Shown: piece after piece, positions 1 through 7,969 of the stretch
Position numbering within the stretch: the first letter of the stretch is position 1
Layout: each line of letters begins with the position of its first letter
DNA from: an uncultured Gammaproteobacteria bacterium
Lineage (GTDB): Bacteria; Pseudomonadota; Gammaproteobacteria; Pseudomonadales; Pseudohongiellaceae
Length of the DNA stretch: 64,000 nt
Assembly: GCA_937898685.1 (NCBI GenBank)
Contig: CALEJT010000028.1
Location: forward strand, 55 to 64,054
Direction of reading: 5' to 3'
Program-made: the position numbers and the translations under genes
The notes under the pieces: model-generated
The model's input: only the letters and a program-made list of their open reading frames with translations
Told to the model about the DNA's origin: nothing
The model's database searches: none

Positions 1-1
1 T

Positions 2-157
2 TTAACCTGGTGCCGCCCGACGGGCAGGGTACAACAGGCGAGCCCGGTGAGTTTTAACGGGTCGGCCCCGAGCGAGCCTTCCCGCGATCTCGTTCTGTAT
101 GACGATGGCAATCACTGGTTTACGAGCATCCCGGTGGCCATCGCTCGCTGCGCCTAA
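2..157 (+). CDS. 3' end of an unidentified CDS entering from the left edge (partial)
   Basis: The frame is open from position 2 to TAA at 155-157. It shows the same strong G/C third-position bias as the confirmed genes. No family recognised. An imperfect inverted repeat (about 144-169) spans the stop codon. Confidence 0.3.
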   Translation, partial: LTWCRPTGRVQQASPVSFNGSAPSEPSRDLVLYDDGNHWFTSIPVAIARCA

Positions 158-371
158 TTAGGCAGCGAGAGCGTAAGTTTCGTCGTTGGCAACTATTTAA
201 GTTGCATAGATTGATTTACGAGAGTCTATACCCTCTCGACATGCACCTCAGGTTTTGTAACCGGCGTCGAATCCAAAACGCCCCCGAGTGGGTCGGCGAT
301 GCTAACACAACTCACGCATCACTTCTCGGTGATGAAAACATCGCGTTGAGTCAGATGTGGGGGCGGAGGCT

Positions 372-404
372 CAAAAGACAACAGGCACCGAGGTGCCTGT
401 TGTC
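372..404 (-). terminator. Rho-independent terminator of the DUF6152 operon
   Basis: A 12-bp perfect stem (377-388 pairs with 393-404). On the minus-strand transcript it is followed by CTTTTGA. It lies 22 nt downstream of the stop of the 426-845 gene. Confidence 0.75.
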
Positions 405-425
405 ATGTCCATTGCGGTGAGTCGC

Positions 426-845
426 TTACTTGTTCTTTTCCTGGCAGACCTTCTGCGCTTCACCCACGTCGCAGTAGTACTGGCCGTTGGCCATTCTGAT
501 CGTGTAGAAGCGGCCACCGGGCTTGCCGTTGGCGTAGGGGCTGACGGTGAACTCGACCTCGTCGCCTACGTTGAAGTTCTTGACGTCGAAGCCGCGCCGA
601 GTGAGGTGCACCTTGCTGGTGAACTCGATGCCCCAGAGTTCCGAGGAGCCGTTTTCGGTGGGCACATCGACGAAGATCCAGACGTGGGGGTTGGTCCACT
701 GCACTTCAGTGATCTTGCCGACGTGGGTGACCTTTTTCGTCTGGTCGAACATCGAGAAGGAGTGATGCGCCAGCGCAGTGCTGACGGGCAGGCCCAGTAA
801 TAGCAAGCTCAGGACGTAAGGGACGGGCGTTTTCATTGTTCTCAT
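426..845 (-). CDS. Exported small protein, DUF6152-like
   Basis: 139-aa ORF. Sec signal peptide ends in TALA, so the predicted mature N-terminus is HHSFSMFD. It carries a WTNPHVW motif and a C-terminal Cys pair (YYCDVGEAQKVC). This fits my recollection of the DUF6152 family. An alternative ATG lies at 836. Confidence 0.8.
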   Translation of the reverse strand: MRTMKTPVPYVLSLLLLGLPVSTALAHHSFSMFDQTKKVTHVGKITEVQWTNPHVWIFVDVPTENGSSELWGIEFTSKVHLTRRGFDVKNFNVGDEVEFTVSPYANGKPGGRFYTIRMANGQYYCDVGEAQKVCQEKNK

Positions 846-897
846 ACCTCTGTTGTAGGCGCCGTCCTGGCATGGGCGGCGATGGGTCTGTCTAAAG

Positions 898-1572
898 TCA
901 ATCCGTGCGACGTTCGTCGCGCAATATCTTGATCAGCTGATTGGCGGTGATCACGACCTCCGGCAGCTCCGGCACACCTTCATTGCGCACGACACGGTAG
1001 CGGCCATTGACCACCAAAGTGGGCAGACGGCTGATGCCGGCGGCCTTGGTTTTCTGCTCCGCCTCTGCCAGGGCTGCGGCTACTTCCGGCGAGTTCCAGG
1101 CCTGCTCGAAGGCGTCCGCGGCCACACCGAGTTCGGCAAAGAAAGCTCTTGCCTGATCGACCGTGTTCAGCGGCTGATGCTTCTCGTGAATGTGGCGAAA
1201 CGCGGCCGAATGCGCCTCATCATCGATCTTCAACTGCACTGCGGTGTAATAGATCTGCGCGTGCAACTTCATGACCGGATTCCAGATCGCCGGCATTCGA
1301 TGCAGGACGAGGTCACCACGCACTTCGCCACCCCAGTAGGACATCATCGGCTCGAACTCGCTACACACCGGGCAGCCGTACCAGAACACGTCGAGCATCT
1401 CGATGATCTCGGGTGGCGTGTCGGTCGCGATCGGCGGATCGATGCGCTCGTAGTGCTTGCCCTCATCCATTGGACGTGGCTGCGCCAGCGCGATGGCGGA
1501 AACGAACAGCAGGACGGCCAGGAGGGCAACCTGTCGCAAGCTCAGCGGAAGCAAGGTGTGTGGCGTTTGCAT
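898..1572 (-). CDS. DsbA-family thiol:disulfide oxidoreductase paralogue (CPVC active site)
   Basis: 224-aa ORF with a signal/anchor segment (LLAVLLFVSAIALAQP). Thioredoxin-fold motif WYGCPVCSEFEP with DsbA-like length and layout. It lies 52 nt upstream of the DUF6152 gene on the same strand. Confidence 0.85.
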   Translation of the reverse strand: MQTPHTLLPLSLRQVALLAVLLFVSAIALAQPRPMDEGKHYERIDPPIATDTPPEIIEMLDVFWYGCPVCSEFEPMMSYWGGEVRGDLVLHRMPAIWNPVMKLHAQIYYTAVQLKIDDEAHSAAFRHIHEKHQPLNTVDQARAFFAELGVAADAFEQAWNSPEVAAALAEAEQKTKAAGISRLPTLVVNGRYRVVRNEGVPELPEVVITANQLIKILRDERRTD

Positions 1573-1598
1573 GTAAGGCTCCGCGCAGTCTGCGCCAC

Positions 1599-2375
1599 TT
1601 AGAAATCTGCCTGCGTCTGGCCGTTTTCATCGACCGGATGACGGTCGTTCTCGTCACAGATGTACTCGAGCATTTCCCAGGTGCGGTCGCGACGGAAGGT
1701 GTGGCTCAGGCGCCAGGGCTCTTCGAGTACGTTGGGATCGGTGAAGGTGAAATCCAGATGCAGGATGTCAGGGTTGTCCTTGTCGAGGTAGAGACGCTCT
1801 TCGATGACGAGGTCGGCGCTGTTGTAGACGCCGGCTTTGCCGAGGCGCTGGCCGGGACGTACGTTGCGGGTTTCGACCACGAGCACGTCGCCTTCCCAGT
1901 GGCCGCGGGAATCACCGAAATACTTCGGTTCCGGCTCTTCGGGGAAGGGGCGGCCATCGGTGAAGATGCGGCGTACCATCATGTGTGCTTCCTGCATCAC
2001 TGTGATCTTGCCGGGAGTGAACAGGAATTCGAGGCTGTAGGGCATGGTCATGAAATACGGCATGCCCGGCGGTTCACAGTTGTTCGGGCCTTCCGGAATT
2101 TCGTAAGTGGGATCGGCGGCGATCTTGGCCATTTCCCGTTCATAGAATTCCTTGGCGGCACCTTTCAGTTTTGGCTCTTCGGGTGGCGTGGAACCGAAGG
2201 CGAAGGCGGGGAACCACAGTCCGCGGAAGTCGGGCAACTTGTCCAGTTCGGCATAGGAAGCATCCGGAGCGTTGGCCGGATAGACCACGCCGTCCTGGGC
2301 AAGCGCTGGCTGAGCCAGAACAGAACCAGTCAGTACGGAAAGAGCGAGAAGGGTGTGTCGAGCGGTGAAGGTCAT
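1599..2375 (-). CDS. Exported protein of unknown function
   Basis: 258-aa ORF. Signal peptide LSVLTGSVLAQPALA then QDG. Exactly two Cys in the mature part (NNCEPPG, EYICDEN). No domain recognised. High GC3. Only 26 nt separate it from the DsbA-like gene. Confidence 0.75.
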   Translation of the reverse strand: MTFTARHTLLALSVLTGSVLAQPALAQDGVVYPANAPDASYAELDKLPDFRGLWFPAFAFGSTPPEEPKLKGAAKEFYEREMAKIAADPTYEIPEGPNNCEPPGMPYFMTMPYSLEFLFTPGKITVMQEAHMMVRRIFTDGRPFPEEPEPKYFGDSRGHWEGDVLVVETRNVRPGQRLGKAGVYNSADLVIEERLYLDKDNPDILHLDFTFTDPNVLEEPWRLSHTFRRDRTWEMLEYICDENDRHPVDENGQTQADF

Positions 2376-2598
2376 CTGGCAAGCCTCGATCTACTAATTA
2401 TTGTGGGCGGCAATCCGCTGCGTAGGCGCGGGATGATAATAACGTCCAACTGGTCAGTTCAATAGAAGCGCTGCCGGAATAGGTTGGAACTTGGTTCAGG
2501 ATTGGCGCGTGGGCCTCACATTGCTCGTTGAGGGGGGCAGATAAAGCGGCTACCATCACCGGGCTTGAGCAAGGGGACTGCCAAGGCGGAGCTAGACT

Positions 2599-4239
2599 AT
2601 GCCTGGGAATGATTACGATAAGAAGCAAGCGACCCTTTCCATGATGTCAATCATCGAACGTTTGAACAGAGGGCGAAAATCCCACGCGGTGCCTGTCGTG
2701 CGCACCTTGGTGGGCGCATGTGCGTTGCTGTTGTCACTGCATGTGCAGGGCAACGAGGCCATTCAACGCGCCGCCGAAGAAGGCGATCTCGCAGCACTCG
2801 AGCAGATGCTGCGAGCCGAAGAAAATGTGAATACGCCAATGCTCGATGGATCCACTGCGTTGCATTGGGCCGCATTGCGCGATCAGGCAGAAGTGGTTTC
2901 CTTCCTCCTCGAACGTGGCGCTGATGTCGAAGCGCGCAACCGCAATGGTGTATATCCGCTTTATCTCGCTGCGCTCAATGGCAGTGCCAAAGTCACGTCG
3001 CTGTTACTCGAAGCTGGCGCTGATCCCAACGCAGAACTTCCCAATGGCGAAACGGTGCTCATGACGGCAGCGCGCACCGGTGCGCCGGAAGTACTGGAAT
3101 TGCTGCTGTCTTATGGCGCGCTCGTCGACAAGCGTGATCCTGAATTCCAGCAAACCGCTTTGATGATCGCTGCACGCGAGAATCATCCCGCAGCTGTGGA
3201 TGTGTTGCTGCGCTACGGCGCAGAAGTGAATCTGCATACGCGCATCGGTCCGCCGATCGTCCACATTCCGCCCTGTAAAGGTACGGGCTGCGGTTCCGAA
3301 GGTGTGGGCATCAACCGCAGTGGTGTGCCTGATCGCGGCGAACGTTACGAACAAAAAGGCGGGATGACTGCATTGCTGTATGCAGCTCGCGAGGGCAACA
3401 CCGAAGTTGCGCGCAGTCTGCTCAAAGCCGGTGCCGATATCGAAGCGACCGAAGTCAATGGCATCGGGCCTTTGTTGATGGCGGTACTGAACAACCAGCA
3501 GGACACCGCCTATCTCCTGCTCGAACATGGCGCCAACGTCAACGTCGAAGATTTCTGGGGCAGAACGCCACTCTATGCGGCTGTCGACTATCGCAACCTC
3601 GATCTCAACAGCTCCATCGAAGACAGTCCCACCACCAACTACGTCGATCGTGAGCCGATCTTTGCGTTGATCAAACGCCTGCTCGATGCCGGTGCTGACG
3701 TAAATGCCCAAACTCGTGAATGGCCGCCCGAGAAGAAATGGCTCTATGCACTGAACGATGTGTCCTGGGTCGACATGACTGGCCGTACGCCTTTCATTCG
3801 CGCTGCGGAATCCGGTGATGTGCGTGTCATGCGCCTGCTTTTGGAATATGGCGCCGACCCCCATATCACTACTTATGGTGGAACCAACGCCCTGATGGCT
3901 GCTGCTGGTGTCAACTGGACCGTGGCGCAGACCTATACCGAATCCGACGAATCATCGCTCGAAGCGGTGCGTTTGTGCCTGGAGCTGGGTCTGGATGTGA
4001 ATGCCACCAACTCCATGGGCTTGACGGCGCTCCTCGGCGCTGCGAACCGCGGGTTCAACGACATGATCGTTCTCTTGGCTGAAAACGGGGCTCGTCTGGA
4101 TGTACGCGATGCCGTCGGACGCACCGCCCTGCGCTGGGCCGAAGGCGTGTTCCTGGCGGCGGTCGGTGCCCAGCAGAAGCCGGAAACCATCGCACTCCTG
4201 AAGGAGCTGCTGAGTAAGCAGGGTTTGCCGCATGAATAA
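2599..4239 (+). CDS. Exported ankyrin-repeat protein (about 10 repeats)
   Basis: 546-aa ORF with an N-terminal hydrophobic signal (VVRTLVGACALLLSLHVQG). Repeated G-TALH-AA----VV-LLL--GAD-N units, for example DGSTALHWAALRDQAEVVSFLLERGADVEA and GGMTALLYAAREGNTEVARSLLKAGADIEA. Alternative starts at ATG 2641/2644. Confidence 0.9.
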   Translation: MPGNDYDKKQATLSMMSIIERLNRGRKSHAVPVVRTLVGACALLLSLHVQGNEAIQRAAEEGDLAALEQMLRAEENVNTPMLDGSTALHWAALRDQAEVVSFLLERGADVEARNRNGVYPLYLAALNGSAKVTSLLLEAGADPNAELPNGETVLMTAARTGAPEVLELLLSYGALVDKRDPEFQQTALMIAARENHPAAVDVLLRYGAEVNLHTRIGPPIVHIPPCKGTGCGSEGVGINRSGVPDRGERYEQKGGMTALLYAAREGNTEVARSLLKAGADIEATEVNGIGPLLMAVLNNQQDTAYLLLEHGANVNVEDFWGRTPLYAAVDYRNLDLNSSIEDSPTTNYVDREPIFALIKRLLDAGADVNAQTREWPPEKKWLYALNDVSWVDMTGRTPFIRAAESGDVRVMRLLLEYGADPHITTYGGTNALMAAAGVNWTVAQTYTESDESSLEAVRLCLELGLDVNATNSMGLTALLGAANRGFNDMIVLLAENGARLDVRDAVGRTALRWAEGVFLAAVGAQQKPETIALLKELLSKQGLPHE

Positions 4240-6568
4240 AGGTATTGCAGCAATGCGTCTTTCGAAGCTGTGCCTTGCCTTGCTGCTACCGCTGGCAGGG
4301 ACTCTCGCGCAGGCTCAGGGTTTGAATCCCGAGCAAGCGAAACTCATCGATCAATATTGCAGCGAGTGCCATAACCTCGACGATTTCTCGGGCAGTCTCG
4401 CGTTCGAATTGGTCAATCGTGATGCCGTGCACGAAGATGCCGCCACCTGGGAAAAAGTGGTGCGCAAGCTCAATGCAGGGATGATGCCTCCGCCCGGCAA
4501 TCCTCGTCCTTCCGAGGAGCAGCTGCAGGGTTTCGTGCGGGCAGTGACGTCGACCATCGACGCACAGGCGGCCAACAATCCCCAGCCTGGTGCTCCGCTG
4601 CTGCGCCGCCTCAACCGCACCGAATATCAGAACGCCATTCGTGATCTGCTGGATCTGCCGATCGATGCTTCCGAACTGATGCCGGCCGACGATTCGAGCG
4701 GTGGCTTCGACAACGTCGCCAACGTGCTCAGCATCTCGCCGGCTTTGCTCGAGGCCTATATTTCCGCAGCGTCGAAGATCAGCCGTTTGGCTGTGGGCGA
4801 CATGGACACCGTCGCATCAGCGACGACCTATCGCGGTGATGGCCAGTCGCAGGCGCTTCACAAGGAAGGCTTGGCGCTTGGCACTCGCGGCGGCTTGAGC
4901 GCGCGTCACGTGTTCCCGCTCGATGCCGAATACGAACTCAACATCGTGCGCACCGGTGCGAACAGTGCCTTCATGCTCACGCCTTTCGGTGAAGAAGATC
5001 CCGTAGAAGTCGTAATCGACGGCAAACGCGTTGCCCTGCTGCAGCCCAACGATCGTGGCACCATCCGTCTGCCCATCAGCGCAGGTGTGCATCAGGTGGA
5101 TGTCGCTTATCTGCCAATGGCACCGGCCTTGGGAGTGGATGATCTGCACTCCGTCTGGGCCACCAGCACGGCCATCAACTCTCTGTCGATTCGTGGTCCT
5201 CTGGACCCGACCGGCCGCGGCGATACGCCGTCACGCCGCAAGATTTTCATTTGCCAACCTCAGTCGACCAGAGAAGAAGCCGCCTGCGCCGAACGCATCC
5301 TGCGGCAGCTGGCAACGCGTGCCTATCGCAAGCCGGTCGATCAGGAATCGCTCGACATTCTCATGTCTTTCTATCAGGACGGTCGCGCCAAGGCCGATTT
5401 CGATACCGGTATTCAGTATGCACTGGCACGACTGTTGGTCGACCCGCAGTTCATCTTCCGCTTCGAAGCCGAGCCTGAAGATCTGGCGCCCGGTGCCATC
5501 TATGCGGTGAACGACTACGAACTGGCGAGTCGCTTGTCGTTCTTCCTTTGGAGCAGCATCCCAGACGATCGTCTGTTGGAGCTGGCCGGTCAGGGCAAGC
5601 TGAAGGATGAGTCTGTCCTCGATGCCGAAGTGAAGCGCATGTTGGCCGATCCCAAGGCTGAGTCGCTCGTCACGAACTTTGCGACCCAATGGTTGTCGCT
5701 GCGCAAACTGGATTCCGCCAACCCGGTATCGGTGGAGTTCGATGGCGCGCTACGCGAGGCGATGCTGAAAGAAACGCAACTGCTGTTCGGGCACATCCTG
5801 CGTGAAGACGCGAGCGTCGTCGAACTGCTGGATGCGGATTACACCTTCGTCAACGAACGTCTGGCCAAGCATTACGGGTTGCCCGGAATCCGCGGCAGCC
5901 ACTTCCGTAAGGTTGCCCTGCCGGAAGGTTTCCGCCGCGGCCTGCTCGGTCACGCCAGTATCCTGACCATCACGTCTGCGCCCAACCGTACTTCGCCGGT
6001 GATTCGCGGCACCTGGGTGCTGGAGAACCTGATGGGCACGCCGCCGCCTTCGCCGCCGCCCGGTGTCGAGACCAATCTCGAAGTCAGTGTTCCCGGTGGC
6101 CAGACCTTGACCATTCGCGAACAATTGGAGCGGCACCGTGCCGATCCCTCCTGTTCGGCATGTCACAGCGTGATCGACCCGCTCGGTTTCGCGCTCGAGA
6201 ACTACGATGCCATCGGCAAGTGGCGTGACGAAGTGGGTGGGGCGCCGGTCAATACCAGTGCTACTCTGTGGGACGGCAGCGCCATCGATGGCCCCGAAGA
6301 TCTCCGTAAGGCCTTGCTGGCACGGGAAGAAATGTTCGTGGAAGCGTTCATAGAGAAGATGATGACCTATGCTCTGGGGCGCCGCGTCGAGTACTTCGAC
6401 ATGCCGGCGATCCGCAAAGTGGCGGCAGCCGCAGAGAAAGACGGCTATCGTTTCAGCGCAGTGATCAAGGGAATCGTCGATGCCGACGCATTCAGAATGC
6501 GCACGAAGGAAGTAAAGGATCAGGCCCAGGTGACGCTGGCGCCATCAGCAGGACAGGTTGAACGATAA
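4232..6568 (+). CDS. DUF1592/DUF1595/DUF1588/DUF1585-type exported protein with two CxxCH motifs
   Basis: 778-aa ORF with signal peptide LLLPLAGTLAQAQG. CSECH at 4358-4372 and CSACH at 6152-6166. Family-typical motifs: DPQFIFRFE, FFLWSSIPDDRLLELA, FATQWLSL, TSPVIRGTWVLENLMGTPPPSPPPGV and DPLGFALENYDAIGKWR. Alternative start at ATG 4253. Confidence 0.85.
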   Translation: MNKGIAAMRLSKLCLALLLPLAGTLAQAQGLNPEQAKLIDQYCSECHNLDDFSGSLAFELVNRDAVHEDAATWEKVVRKLNAGMMPPPGNPRPSEEQLQGFVRAVTSTIDAQAANNPQPGAPLLRRLNRTEYQNAIRDLLDLPIDASELMPADDSSGGFDNVANVLSISPALLEAYISAASKISRLAVGDMDTVASATTYRGDGQSQALHKEGLALGTRGGLSARHVFPLDAEYELNIVRTGANSAFMLTPFGEEDPVEVVIDGKRVALLQPNDRGTIRLPISAGVHQVDVAYLPMAPALGVDDLHSVWATSTAINSLSIRGPLDPTGRGDTPSRRKIFICQPQSTREEAACAERILRQLATRAYRKPVDQESLDILMSFYQDGRAKADFDTGIQYALARLLVDPQFIFRFEAEPEDLAPGAIYAVNDYELASRLSFFLWSSIPDDRLLELAGQGKLKDESVLDAEVKRMLADPKAESLVTNFATQWLSLRKLDSANPVSVEFDGALREAMLKETQLLFGHILREDASVVELLDADYTFVNERLAKHYGLPGIRGSHFRKVALPEGFRRGLLGHASILTITSAPNRTSPVIRGTWVLENLMGTPPPSPPPGVETNLEVSVPGGQTLTIREQLERHRADPSCSACHSVIDPLGFALENYDAIGKWRDEVGGAPVNTSATLWDGSAIDGPEDLRKALLAREEMFVEAFIEKMMTYALGRRVEYFDMPAIRKVAAAAEKDGYRFSAVIKGIVDADAFRMRTKEVKDQAQVTLAPSAGQVER

Positions 6569-6583
6569 GAGAGAGGCGTGGAT

Positions 6584-7906
6584 ATGTTCATTACGAAGAA
6601 ACATCTGTCTCGTAGGACCTTGTTGCGGGGTGCCGGTACGGTCCTGGCGCTGCCGCTGCTCGACGCCATGGTGCCCGCGCTGGCGCAGGCTCCTGCGCCT
6701 ACTCCGCGTCTCAGCGCCATCTACATTCCGCATGGTGCGACCATGGCCAAGTGGACGCCGGCCGCGGAAGGCAAGAACTTCCCGATTTCCGAGATTCTGT
6801 CGCCCCTCGAGCCCTATCGCGAATACCTGAACGTCATCAGCGGTCTGGCCAACGAGCCGGTTGGTCCCTGGCCGGGCGAAGACACGGGTGGGGCTCAGAA
6901 CCACTCGCGCGCCGCGGCTGCGTTCCTGACGGCTGCGCACCCAGTAAAAGGTGACAAGGCCTACGTCGGTGAATCACTGGACCAGGTTGTCGCCCAGACG
7001 CTTGGCCGTGATACCCCGCTGCCCTCGCTGGAGCTGGCCATCGAGCCCTCCGGTCTCACCTGCGGCACCAACTTCACCTGCGCCTACAGCAATACGCTGT
7101 CGTGGAAAACGCCGACACTGCCGATGCCGATGGAGAACAATCCGCAGCTCGTGTTCGAGCGTCTCTTCGGCGAAGGCGCTACCGACGAGCAGCGCCGCGA
7201 ACGTCGTCAGCTTTCCGCCAGCATGCTCGACTCGATTCGCGAGCAGGTGCAGGCGCTCAACAAAGGTCTACCCGCTGCCGACCGTTCCCGTTTGGATGAC
7301 TATCTGCAGGAAGTCCGTGAAATCGAGCGCCGCGTACACTTGGTGGATGAGCGTCTGAGCGAAGATCTCGATCTGCCGGCTGCACCCTCGGGTATTCCGC
7401 GCGACTTCGAGGATCACGTCGAACTGATGTTCGACCTGCAGGTGCTCGCATTCAAATCCGAAATCACGCGCATCAGCACGCTGATGCTCTCGCGCGAGAA
7501 CAGCAATACCCGTTATCCGGGCAGCGGTGTGGCCGAGGGCTTCCACAACGCTTCGCACCATTCGAACGAACAGAAGAACAAAGATCAGTTTGCCGTGATC
7601 AACCGCTACCACATCACCGTGCTGAAGAAGTTCTTCGATAAGCTTGCCGCAACTCCGGATGGTGACGGTACCTTGCTGGATAACTCCTTGGTGCTCTACG
7701 GCAGCAGCCTCAGCGATGCCAACGAACATAACTTCGATCCGCTGCCCATCATCCTCATGGGCAAGGCCGGTGGTCGCATCGAAGGCAACCGCCACCTGCG
7801 CTTCCCCGACCATACGCCGCTGGCCAACCTGCATTTGGCCTTGCTGGAGAAATTCGGCATTCACCGCGACAGCTTCGGCAACAGCACGGGAATGTTGGAC
7901 GTATAA
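6584..7906 (+). CDS. DUF1552-family protein with twin-arginine export signal
   Basis: The ORF-track start is GTG 6578. ATG 6584 sits 8 nt after an AGAGG Shine-Dalgarno. Tat motif SRRTLLRGAG. Family-typical C-terminal region LVLYGSSLSDANEHNFDPLPIILMG. It starts 10-16 nt after the DUF1592 stop. Confidence 0.85.
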   Translation: MFITKKHLSRRTLLRGAGTVLALPLLDAMVPALAQAPAPTPRLSAIYIPHGATMAKWTPAAEGKNFPISEILSPLEPYREYLNVISGLANEPVGPWPGEDTGGAQNHSRAAAAFLTAAHPVKGDKAYVGESLDQVVAQTLGRDTPLPSLELAIEPSGLTCGTNFTCAYSNTLSWKTPTLPMPMENNPQLVFERLFGEGATDEQRRERRQLSASMLDSIREQVQALNKGLPAADRSRLDDYLQEVREIERRVHLVDERLSEDLDLPAAPSGIPRDFEDHVELMFDLQVLAFKSEITRISTLMLSRENSNTRYPGSGVAEGFHNASHHSNEQKNKDQFAVINRYHITVLKKFFDKLAATPDGDGTLLDNSLVLYGSSLSDANEHNFDPLPIILMGKAGGRIEGNRHLRFPDHTPLANLHLALLEKFGIHRDSFGNSTGMLDV

Positions 7907-7923
7907 CCGTTCTCCAAATGAAG

Positions 7924-7954
7924 AAAACCCGGCCTTGTGCCGGGTTTTCTTTTT
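7924..7954. terminator. Bidirectional rho-independent terminator
   Basis: AAAACCCGGC-cttgt-GCCGGGTTTT followed by CTTTTT. An A-tract on the other side lets it work for both convergent genes (6584-7906 and 7970-9370). Confidence 0.85.
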
Positions 7955-7969
7955 CCGACAGAAAGTTTC

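Noticed and set aside
202-420. 72-aa ORF in the first intergenic region
   Set aside because: No Shine-Dalgarno is present and the composition is atypical. It also runs through the terminator hairpin of the opposite-strand gene, so it is most likely noncoding.
2432-2447. Fur-box-like GATGATAATAACGTCC in the divergent control region of the exported cluster
   Set aside because: It matches the Fur consensus at only about 10 of 16 positions. That is too weak to call, and it is mentioned only as something an iron-regulation experiment would settle.
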